Virus record (IMG/VR): IMGVR_UViG_3300027653_000019
Coordinates: 1-46,572 of that record
Origin: a virus
Taxonomy: Duplodnaviria > Caudoviricetes
Length of the DNA: 46,572 bases
Direction: 5' to 3' (one strand)
Shown here: positions 24,532 to 31,715 of the stretch, piece after piece
Position numbering within the stretch: the first letter of the stretch is position 1
How the letters are laid out: every line of letters begins with the position of its first letter
The notes under the pieces: generated by a model
What the model was told of the DNA's origin: nothing
What the model saw: the letters and a program-made list of their open reading frames with translations, nothing else
Databases searched by the model: none
Translations under genes and position numbers: made by a program

Positions 24532-24719
24532 GCTTCCTCGCTGCCCTGGTATCGGTAGACGGTCACGCCCTTGATGGTGTCGAGCCTATACACGGCGACG
24601 AGGCGGCGGTGGGCCTGATGCGGCGGGGGGATGATCGGAAACGTGAAGCGCTGCGGCAGCTCGCGTAGGGCGGCGACGTGCTGGTCGGCCGGGCCGCCGG
24701 AGAACCGGATCGCTTTCAC
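24528..24719 (-). CDS. Small hypothetical protein (F.GGP.D motif)
   Basis: GTGA overlap at 24716-24719. Confidence 0.65.
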   Translation of the reverse strand: MKAIRFSGGPADQHVAALRELPQRFTFPIIPPPHQAHRRLVAVYRLDTIKGVTVYRYQGSEEA

Positions 24720-24895
24720 GAGTGCGTCGGGCACCAGTCGCCGTTGTCGGTGGACAGCCACCCGGGTGCCCGCTCCGTGCTAGTGATGACGGTGCGGGCA
24801 ACCGCGGTGACGTTCAGGGCGTAATAATCCAGCTCCCACTCGGTGCAGAACCCGTAGTTGCCGTCACAGTGGAGGGTGGGCGTCATCTGTTTCAT
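24716..24895 (-). CDS. 59-aa Cys protein, paralog of 2027..2218 (not in ORF track)
   Basis: MKQMTPTLHCDGNYGFCTEWELDYYALNVTAVARTVITSTERAPGWLSTDNGDWCPTHS. Confidence 0.8.
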   Translation of the reverse strand: MKQMTPTLHCDGNYGFCTEWELDYYALNVTAVARTVITSTERAPGWLSTDNGDWCPTHS

Positions 24896-25383
24896 GGCTC
24901 AATCTCCGCGAAGAGGGGGGCGAGGAGGGCGGCGCGCTGCTCGAAGAGGATGCGTGCCTCGGCCTTCGCGGCCTTCTGTTCCTTGGACGCGGGCCATGCC
25001 GTGTACGGCTCGCCGGGGTCGCCTAGGGCGGCGAAGTCGACAAGCTCGCCGGTCTGGGTGTCGACGACCTGGCCCTTGACGATGGTCCAGCGGTCCTCCC
25101 GCAGGTGCTTCATGTATGCGGGGCGGACGCGTTCGACGGTTTCCACCTCGTCGGGTCGGTGTTCCTTGACCCAGGCGAGGAGGGCGGCCTCGTCGGTGAT
25201 TTCGATAGGCGCGTCCTTGCGGGTGATGTTGATCGGCCCGACGGGGGTGTCGTAGGAGCGGGTGCGGGTTTCGGCGGCCTCGTCGAGGACGCGGCGCTTC
25301 GCCTTGGCGATCTGGTCCTTCAATCCTGCTTCGAGGGCGAGGAGGAACGCGAGGTGGTCGGCGGGGGTGAGGTGGTCGGTCAT
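24892..25383 (-). CDS. Recombination-region protein (Gam/Gp157-like?)
   Basis: Coiled coil plus ITDEAALLAWV; follows ERF. Confidence 0.6.
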   Translation of the reverse strand: MTDHLTPADHLAFLLALEAGLKDQIAKAKRRVLDEAAETRTRSYDTPVGPINITRKDAPIEITDEAALLAWVKEHRPDEVETVERVRPAYMKHLREDRWTIVKGQVVDTQTGELVDFAALGDPGEPYTAWPASKEQKAAKAEARILFEQRAALLAPLFAEIEP

Positions 25384-25401
25384 TGGTGTGTGTTCTCTCT
25401 C

Positions 25402-26052
25402 TTAGTTGTGGTGCTCTTCGGGTGTGTCGTCCTGGTCCTGCTCGTGGCCGAGGGCCTGCTCTGCGGCCTCGCGGGCGAGGAGGTGTTGGAAGTCGCGGAC
25501 CTGTTCGGCGTCGGCCTGGCGGATCGGGTAGCCGTAGTCGGACTCGAACCGGCGCCCGATTTCGGTGGGGTTGAGGCCGGACTTTTGGGTCCAGTCGTGG
25601 AGTTCGCGGCGGGCCTGGGTGGCCTCCCGCTGTTCCCGTTCGCGGCGGTGGTGGGCCTCGGTGGCGATGGAGCCGTCGTCGTCGTCGTCGGTGACGATGC
25701 CGGTCATGGCGCCGAGGAGGTAGCGGCGGGCGTAGGTGATGCTGGAGCCGATTTCCTGGGCGGTGTTGCCGGGGATGGGGAGGGCGCCCTCGATCCTCTC
25801 GCCGCTGGTGTGGGCGAGGATGCCGACGAGTTCGTAGCCGCGTTCCGTCTGGCGGGGGGTGGTGATGAAGGCCAGGCCGTGCTTCGTCAGCAGGGGGATG
25901 GCGGCCTCGGTGACGTCCACGAGGTCTGCGTAGGTGTACTGGTATGACCCGCCGGACTTGGTGGGGACGTTGGCGGTCTTGGTCTTGGCGACCTTGGGGA
26001 GTTCCATCTGGAACGTGACGAGGGCGTCGAACAGGTTGGCGTGCTCGGCCAT
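25402..26052 (-). CDS. erf: ERF-family single-strand annealing recombinase
   Basis: YTYADL, QEIGSSITYARRY, DDDDDG. Confidence 0.93.
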   Translation of the reverse strand: MAEHANLFDALVTFQMELPKVAKTKTANVPTKSGGSYQYTYADLVDVTEAAIPLLTKHGLAFITTPRQTERGYELVGILAHTSGERIEGALPIPGNTAQEIGSSITYARRYLLGAMTGIVTDDDDDGSIATEAHHRREREQREATQARRELHDWTQKSGLNPTEIGRRFESDYGYPIRQADAEQVRDFQHLLAREAAEQALGHEQDQDDTPEEHHN

Positions 26053-26127
26053 GGTGGTCCTCTCTCGGGGTGGGGCCGGGGGCGGGACTCCGGGCGGGGG
26101 GGCGCCGCCCCCGGCGGTCTGGGGGGG

Positions 26128-26295
26128 TTAGAAGACGTGGGGGGTTAGGGCGGCGTGCAGGGCGTCGACGGTCTCGCGGGAGAGGACCATTGTGTTGGGG
26201 CCCTGGGTGAGGACGACGAATCCGCCGCGGCTGTTGTCGTAGAAGTCGACGGTGAGGGGGCTGTCCGTGTCGGTGCGGATGGTGGTGGTGTTCAT
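26128..26295 (-). CDS. 55-aa early protein (not in ORF track)
   Basis: MNTTTIRTDTDSPLTVDFYDN...; cassette upstream. Confidence 0.75.
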   Translation of the reverse strand: MNTTTIRTDTDSPLTVDFYDNSRGGFVVLTQGPNTMVLSRETVDALHAALTPHVF

Positions 26296-26353
26296 GGTCT
26301 CTCTCCTCTGTGTGTGTGCTACCAGTATAGGCGCTAGGGGGGCGGTTAGGCAA
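26296..26353 (-). promoter_or_regulatory. Early promoter+RBS cassette (TTGCCT-18-TATACT)
   Basis: Motif family. Confidence 0.8.
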
Positions 26354-26355
26354 CC

Positions 26356-26487
26356 TCAGTTGAACATCTGGGTGATGACGGGCTGGTCCGCGCGGGTGGG
26401 GGGCATGGAGACGCGGTTCCCGTCGGCGGCGAAGATCGTCGTGGTGATGATCAGGATTCCTGCCACCGTGCGGGTGATGCGTGCCAT
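26356..26487 (-). CDS. 43-aa early protein (not in ORF track)
   Basis: MARITRTVAGILIITTTIFAADGNRVSMPPTRADQPVITQMFN; cassette upstream. Confidence 0.7.
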   Translation of the reverse strand: MARITRTVAGILIITTTIFAADGNRVSMPPTRADQPVITQMFN

Positions 26488-26548
26488 GTCGTTCCCTCCC
26501 TCTCTGTGTGTGTACTATCAGTATAGCCTAGAGGGGGTGGCCGCGCAA
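26488..26548 (-). promoter_or_regulatory. Early promoter+RBS cassette (TTGCGC-17-TATACT)
   Basis: Motif family. Confidence 0.85.
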
Positions 26549-26829
26549 CACCCGACCCAGCGGGTGAAGCCGAGGGCGGCGAGGTCGGCCTCGACGCGGC
26601 GGGCGCGGTCCTGCTGGTCGCGGAGGGCGTACCTGCCGATGCCGCTCACGAGGTTGAGTGCCTTGGCGGCGTAGGTCTCGACGGCCTCGCGGACGGCCTC
26701 AGGGTGGCCCATCTCGTTCCAGTTCCGGGCGAGGGTGACGTGGGCCTCGGCCTGGCGCAGCCACTCGGCGCGGGCGCGGTCGCGGAGCATGCGGCCTACG
26801 TGACGGGGGGTGGGGGTGTAGTTGCTCAT
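26518..26829 (-). CDS. Small early protein
   Basis: Cassette upstream; 3' end overlaps the next promoter. Confidence 0.75.
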   Translation of the reverse strand: MSNYTPTPRHVGRMLRDRARAEWLRQAEAHVTLARNWNEMGHPEAVREAVETYAAKALNLVSGIGRYALRDQQDRARRVEADLAALGFTRWVGCCAATPSRLY

Positions 26830-26888
26830 CAGGTTCTCCCTCTCTCTGTGTGTACTAACAGTACACCTAAGAATGGGGGATGTGGCAA
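26830..26888 (-). promoter_or_regulatory. Early promoter+RBS cassette (TTGCCA-17-TGTACT)
   Basis: Motif family. Confidence 0.75.
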
Positions 26889-26895
26889 CCTCCGG

Positions 26896-27177
26896 TCACA
26901 CAAGCGACGACTCCCGCAGCCAATCGGCCTCCGTCACCTCGAACAACTCCTGCGGCCTCACCCCCAGGGCGTGAGAGAGACGCAGCGCGGTCTGTAGCCC
27001 CACCCGCTCCCGCTTCATCATCGCCAGGTGCCCGACATAGCCAAATGTCGCCCCGATAGCCTCCGCCACGGCCCGGTAGGGCGCGGCCTCCCGCAGCCGC
27101 CGGGAAAGGTCAGCGGGGTCCTTGATCTTCACGGCGAGGGTGGACTCCACCTCGATATGCCTGGCGTCAGCAACCAT
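26896..27177 (-). CDS. XRE/Cro-like HTH regulator
   Basis: YRAVAEAIGATFGYVGHL...TALRLSHALGVRPQELF; GAGAGGA SD. Confidence 0.8.
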   Translation of the reverse strand: MVADARHIEVESTLAVKIKDPADLSRRLREAAPYRAVAEAIGATFGYVGHLAMMKRERVGLQTALRLSHALGVRPQELFEVTEADWLRESSLV

Positions 27178-27522
27178 CACGATCCTCTCCACGGGGTGTC
27201 GACTGTCATCATAACCGGCCCGGAATGTAGTGCGGCCCCGGCGGGAACCATCCGCCGGGGCCGCGTACCCATATGTCCCCCTCCAAGGGGCACCCACCCG
27301 GCTACGACGGCCGGAGTAATCGCAGTATAACTCATGAGGGCGAAAAGGCGGACCCCCAACCTCGCGGCGGGGGCCCGCCATGGGGCTGCCACACCCCCAG
27401 GGCCGTAGCCCTGTTTGCTCGTCCTCCGAGAGCTCAATCCCGAAAGCGACACCACGAGGGTACACTAACCACCGAACATGCCGTATCCTAGATATGCCAG
27501 CTCGATCCACGAAAGGACACCC

Positions 27523-27834
27523 ATGCTGCTGCACCCCAACGACACCCTCATCCCCGTCGACCTCACCCGCAAACTCGGCGGTGACCTCGCCTCCGCCTAC
27601 GTCGGCGTCTACCTCCACACCCGCGCCCAGGAACACGGATACGACCACGACGGGCGCCGCTGGTACCGCACCTCGGCCCCCGCCCTCGCCGACAGCCTCG
27701 GCGTCACCCCCGGACAGGTCCGCCGCTGCCTCGCCCGCCTCATCGACCGCGGCCTCCTCCACGCCGAAAAACACCGGATCGCCAGCCGCCGCGACCAGAC
27801 ACTCTCCTACACCACCGACGTGGTGCGGCCGTGA
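27523..27834 (+). CDS. Winged-HTH protein, paralog of the N-terminus of the replication initiator
   Basis: GAAAGGA SD; LGGD.A.A, GY.HDGR.W, LA..LG....QVRR.L..L. Confidence 0.8.
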   Translation: MLLHPNDTLIPVDLTRKLGGDLASAYVGVYLHTRAQEHGYDHDGRRWYRTSAPALADSLGVTPGQVRRCLARLIDRGLLHAEKHRIASRRDQTLSYTTDVVRP

Positions 27835-28637
27835 CCGTCCAACCCGAATGGGTCAACGGCGACGACTTCACCGCCCTCTCCCCACACGTGACCAAGGCCC
27901 TCGGCGGCGACTTCGCCGCGGCCGCTACCCTCGCCCGCATCCGATTCCGCACGCGACTGTTCGGTTATGAGCATGACGGGCGGATGTGGTGGCGGGCGTC
28001 GGCCGAGGACCTCGCCAGCGACCTCGGCGCCTCCGTCAAACAGGTGCGCCGCGCCCTGGGGGTGTTGGAGCGGGCGGGGATGCTTGACCGTGAGCAGCAC
28101 GCCCTCGACGGGGCGTATGACCGCACGATGTCCTACTCGATCAACTACGCCACGCCACCACCGGGCGTTGAAACCACCGATGTGCCCCCCAGGGCAGATC
28201 GACCCTCCCCCGAGGGCACTACCGATGTGCCCCCCAGGGCAAATGATGATCCGCCCTCTAGGGCAGATGTTCCTATAAGAAGTCTAAGAAGTAATAAGAA
28301 GAGTCCCGCGCCGCGGGACAGTGACTTTCAGGCGTTCTGGGATGCCTACCCCCGCCGGGTCGGCATCAAGGCGGCCCGGGCGGAGTTCACTACGGCCACG
28401 GCCAAGGCACCCCCGGAACAGATCATTGCCGCGGCCCGCGCCTACGCCGCCTCCAGGGACCTCCCCGAACCACGGTTCATCCCCCATCCCTCGACGTGGC
28501 TAGCTGCCGAACGGTGGACCGACGACACGACGAAGGCCCCGCCCCCACCCCGGGAACGCTGCCGGGTGTACGGGCATGAGTACTACCCGGCGTACAACTG
28601 CCCCGGGTGTGCCGCCGAAACGAAGGCCGCGGGATGA
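27831..28637 (+). CDS. Replication initiator (lambda O/DnaD-like architecture)
   Basis: N-terminal wHTH, internal repeats, F..FW.AYPRRVG...A and PHPSTWL..ERW C-terminal domain. Confidence 0.85.
   Translation: MTVQPEWVNGDDFTALSPHVTKALGGDFAAAATLARIRFRTRLFGYEHDGRMWWRASAEDLASDLGASVKQVRRALGVLERAGMLDREQHALDGAYDRTMSYSINYATPPPGVETTDVPPRADRPSPEGTTDVPPRANDDPPSRADVPIRSLRSNKKSPAPRDSDFQAFWDAYPRRVGIKAARAEFTTATAKAPPEQIIAAARAYAASRDLPEPRFIPHPSTWLAAERWTDDTTKAPPPPRERCRVYGHEYYPAYNCPGCAAETKAAG
28176..28301 (+). other. Putative replication origin: iterons plus an AT-rich tract
   Basis: accgatgtgccccccagggca at 28176 and 28221, two further AGGGCA variants, then TAAGAAG x3 (28276, 28285, 28295). Confidence 0.8.
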
Positions 28638-28638
28638 G

Positions 28639-29061
28639 TCACGGCCCGTTCGATAGCATCCGCTTCAACCGGAACTCCAGGTGGGCCAGGTCCGCTTTCA
28701 GTTCCTCCACCTCGGCGGTGAGCTGGTGCACCTGGGCGTGGTATTCGGCTATCGTCTCGGCCTGGCGGTCAATCGTCCTCGCCTGCTCCGCTATCGTGCG
28801 CGCCTGCCGGTCGGCGGTGTCCTGGGCCTGGGTGAGTCGGTCCACGAGCCGCGCGTTCTCCGCCTGCAACGCGGTCGTGGTGACGTTGAGGGCGTTAACG
28901 GCTATCGAGTCGACCTCCGGCCCGACCCTCGCCTCAACGGCTATCGCATCCGCGCCCGTCTTACGGGCCTGGGATCGGGACGTGATGATCGCGGCCACCC
29001 CGCCGCCGCCGAGGAGGATGCCGAGGACGCCGACGATGCCGCCCCATACCGACGGGTCCAT
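28639..29061 (-). CDS. Membrane-anchored coiled-coil protein (lysis cassette)
   Basis: N-terminal TM plus heptad repeats. Confidence 0.75.
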   Translation of the reverse strand: MDPSVWGGIVGVLGILLGGGGVAAIITSRSQARKTGADAIAVEARVGPEVDSIAVNALNVTTTALQAENARLVDRLTQAQDTADRQARTIAEQARTIDRQAETIAEYHAQVHQLTAEVEELKADLAHLEFRLKRMLSNGP

Positions 29062-29063
29062 AA

Positions 29064-29549
29064 CTAGTCTGCCTCCAACGTCTCCCTGGCCGCTGCCTCC
29101 ACGGCGCGCGTCACCCTCCGGTTGGTTTGCAACAGGCGGACGGCGCGCACCACGCCCGCCACCGACACTGCTATAAGGATCGCTATGAGCGCCGTCCGCC
29201 CCGGCGGGGGCGGGGCGTCCGGGAGGAAAATCAACCGCACGGCGTAGCCCGAGGTGAGCAGCACCATGAAAAACTGGCCCGCTGCCTCATACCCCCGGCC
29301 GCGTACCGACGTGCCCTGGTAGGCGCGCACGAGGCCGCAGATGGTGAGGCACCCGCCCAACACGCTCAGGGCCGCGGTGGTGGCCGCGATAATCGGTGTG
29401 GACTGGAGGTAGCTGGGGGCGAACCCGAAGGAGCCCGTGACGGCCCACCCGGCGAGCATCATCACCCCGGCGACCGTCAGAGCGGCCCCGAGCAGGAACT
29501 CGAAGGGCCGGTCGAGCAGCGGATGCTCTCGCGGGTGGACACGATTCAC
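29064..29549 (-). CDS. Four-TM membrane protein
   Basis: Hydrophobic helices; next to the holin. Confidence 0.75.
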   Translation of the reverse strand: MNRVHPREHPLLDRPFEFLLGAALTVAGVMMLAGWAVTGSFGFAPSYLQSTPIIAATTAALSVLGGCLTICGLVRAYQGTSVRGRGYEAAGQFFMVLLTSGYAVRLIFLPDAPPPPGRTALIAILIAVSVAGVVRAVRLLQTNRRVTRAVEAAARETLEAD

Positions 29550-29551
29550 GG

Positions 29552-29980
29552 CTAGCCGCCCCCAGCCGGGCGGCCACCGTAGGTCCCCTCGGGCGGGTGC
29601 TCGCCGTGCGGGCCGAAGTTGGGGTCGTGCCCACCAACGGGCCCGGTCGTGCGGCGCGGGACGCTCCTATCGCCCACACGCTGCGCCCTATCCGTAACCT
29701 CGGTCGGCTTCCACACATTCGTGTACGCACCCCACGACACGAGCAGCGCGATGACGAGCGTCTGTAACGCCACGCCGAGGTCGTAGGTGCCGCCGTCCTG
29801 CCAGGTGCGCACCGCCTCACCGAGCAGCGACTGCACCGTGTTGAGCGCGGTGAGCAGCAGCACCTTATATACGGACTTGGTGAACGTCTTCGTCACCAGC
29901 CCCACCAGGATCGGCAGAACAAACGCGGCGACAATATTCGCCCACGCGATCCCGTCCCACGTCAACGTTACGAGTCCCAT
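29552..29980 (-). CDS. Holin
   Basis: VLPILVGLVTK motif, TM helices; follows the tail genes. Confidence 0.75.
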   Translation of the reverse strand: MGLVTLTWDGIAWANIVAAFVLPILVGLVTKTFTKSVYKVLLLTALNTVQSLLGEAVRTWQDGGTYDLGVALQTLVIALLVSWGAYTNVWKPTEVTDRAQRVGDRSVPRRTTGPVGGHDPNFGPHGEHPPEGTYGGRPAGGG

Positions 29981-29989
29981 GACTCCTCC

Positions 29990-30655
29990 TCATACCTCGT
30001 AGATTGACCACACGTTGAAAATATCCCGCGTGTGCAGCGGTAGACCGTCACCGTTCACGCGGCCCTCAATCGCTATCGACTGCCCAGGCACGAGATGCAG
30101 CACGACCGTCGGTAGTGTCAATGACACCGGGCCCGTCGAATCCGCATTCTGATACACCGTTTCATGCTGCACACCGTCCACGAGGAGCCGCAGTTCCCGT
30201 CTGAGCCCGGTAGCCGCCACGGAGTACAGAATCGACGCGGAGGTCGCAAACACCCCCGGCCGGGTAGGTGAGATCGTGCCAGGTCCCTCGATCCCATACT
30301 TGAGGATCGACTCGTTACTATTCGGCGCCCCAGGAGCGTTATCCCACCCGGTGAGCACCGTCCCGTCAGTGACGTGCTCGCCCTGCGCGTTCCACAGCCG
30401 CCGCCACGCCTTCCCCCGGCCTGACCCGTGCACGATGACCGCCCCGCCCTGCATGTCATGGGAGCGGTGAAGCTGCACCCACACCCGCGCCCCCTCAGCC
30501 AGCTCCCCGGCCAGGTTGATGGGGTCAATCGGCAACGGTTCCGGGGCCTGATCCAGCCGGATACGCAGCGGGTTAGCAGACGTGACCGTCGCCCAACGCC
30601 ACGAATCCGACTCCTCCGGGACCGACTCATCAAAGTCATCGAATGGGCTATGCAT
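29990..30655 (-). CDS. Minor tail protein
   Basis: WATVTSANPLRIRLD N-terminal domain. Confidence 0.75.
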   Translation of the reverse strand: MHSPFDDFDESVPEESDSWRWATVTSANPLRIRLDQAPEPLPIDPINLAGELAEGARVWVQLHRSHDMQGGAVIVHGSGRGKAWRRLWNAQGEHVTDGTVLTGWDNAPGAPNSNESILKYGIEGPGTISPTRPGVFATSASILYSVAATGLRRELRLLVDGVQHETVYQNADSTGPVSLTLPTVVLHLVPGQSIAIEGRVNGDGLPLHTRDIFNVWSIYEV

Positions 30656-31715
30656 CGGTTACCTCCCGCCACGTGCCCTGCACGAGTGCTCCCGGCTCCA
30701 TCGCGACAGTGAACGAGTGAATCTCAGCGGCCGTCCGGTAAACGTCGGTGCGAAAGTCCACCCGGTCCCCCGGCCACAAGTCCAGCATGGCGTGCTCGAC
30801 GCTCATATTGGAGTAGGAGCGAGCCAGCCCACCCAGCCGCATCCGAGCCAGATCGTCCAACACGGCTTGGGAGGTCACCTGCACATCGGTCTCTGTGTGC
30901 ACGATCCACCGCTGCCCGCGAGCCTCGTATGAGAACCGGGACTCCGGCGGATGCTCCTCCACGGCCATCATCGCCTCGGTCTCCTCGTCCCCCTGCGAGA
31001 TGAGCACAACCCGGTTAGGGGTATCCGCCCAATCGTCGTTCTTGACCCACCGAGGGATATGCAGCGAGTCCCGGCCCTGCGCGAACTCCCACGCCACACC
31101 CCGATCCCTCACCGGCTTCTGCTTCGTCGCCTCAAACTGGCCTGATCCGGTAGCCCGCAGCGGCGTGTACCCAATCGTGCGCAGTAGGTCGTTGATGATC
31201 TGAAGTTTGCTGGTGCCCGCATCCCACGTGATGGGCGATGCCAGCACCTCACCGGACGGCTCGACGTTGACGCGGGTCTCCCCTGCCGACGCGATGAGAT
31301 CATTGACCTCCTCCACGACACTCGCCCCGGCGGGCACCGCGTGCGGGCCGGTCGGGGAATCCTGGTCGAGGATGAGGAGCTTGTCCATCACCTTCACCGA
31401 CCCTGCTAACAGGCCCGTTTCGTCGTCGTACTCAATCTCTGGCAGTGATGGTAGAAACACGCCGCGCGGCCACCACTCCCGCTCCCCGTCCACGTACCCG
31501 GGTGAATACCACACTTGGAAGCGGTCGCGCCCCCACTCCACGTCGTCATCTTCAATGTGGAATGCGACGCTGATCGACCCTGAGCCGATGATGGGCCGGT
31601 TCCCGTTGACCTCATACGTGCCGCCTAGGAACTCCCGCAGCTCCCGCTTATATCCGTCCTGGTAGTCCAGCAGGTCCACCCGCCACCGCTCCGCGCGGGT
31701 CCCGGTGAACCTCAC
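30648..31715 (-). CDS. Minor tail (hub/baseplate-like) protein
   Basis: Position; WDAGTSKLQIINDLL and PNRVV motifs. Confidence 0.8.
   Translation of the reverse strand: MRFTGTRAERWRVDLLDYQDGYKRELREFLGGTYEVNGNRPIIGSGSISVAFHIEDDDVEWGRDRFQVWYSPGYVDGEREWWPRGVFLPSLPEIEYDDETGLLAGSVKVMDKLLILDQDSPTGPHAVPAGASVVEEVNDLIASAGETRVNVEPSGEVLASPITWDAGTSKLQIINDLLRTIGYTPLRATGSGQFEATKQKPVRDRGVAWEFAQGRDSLHIPRWVKNDDWADTPNRVVLISQGDEETEAMMAVEEHPPESRFSYEARGQRWIVHTETDVQVTSQAVLDDLARMRLGGLARSYSNMSVEHAMLDLWPGDRVDFRTDVYRTAAEIHSFTVAMEPGALVQGTWREVTDA

Noticed and set aside
24899-26353. 484-aa Arg/Pro-rich minus-strand ORF
   Set aside because: Alternative-frame artefact overlapping erf and its neighbours
5171-26888. Repeated ~35-bp motif as a CRISPR array
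   Set aside because: Spacing is irregular (hundreds to thousands of bp), whole genes lie between copies, the motif has -35/-10/SD structure, and no cas genes are present
26896-27774. 292-aa version of the HTH gene
   Set aside because: The extension is antisense to the plus-strand wHTH gene; an SD supports a start near 27177
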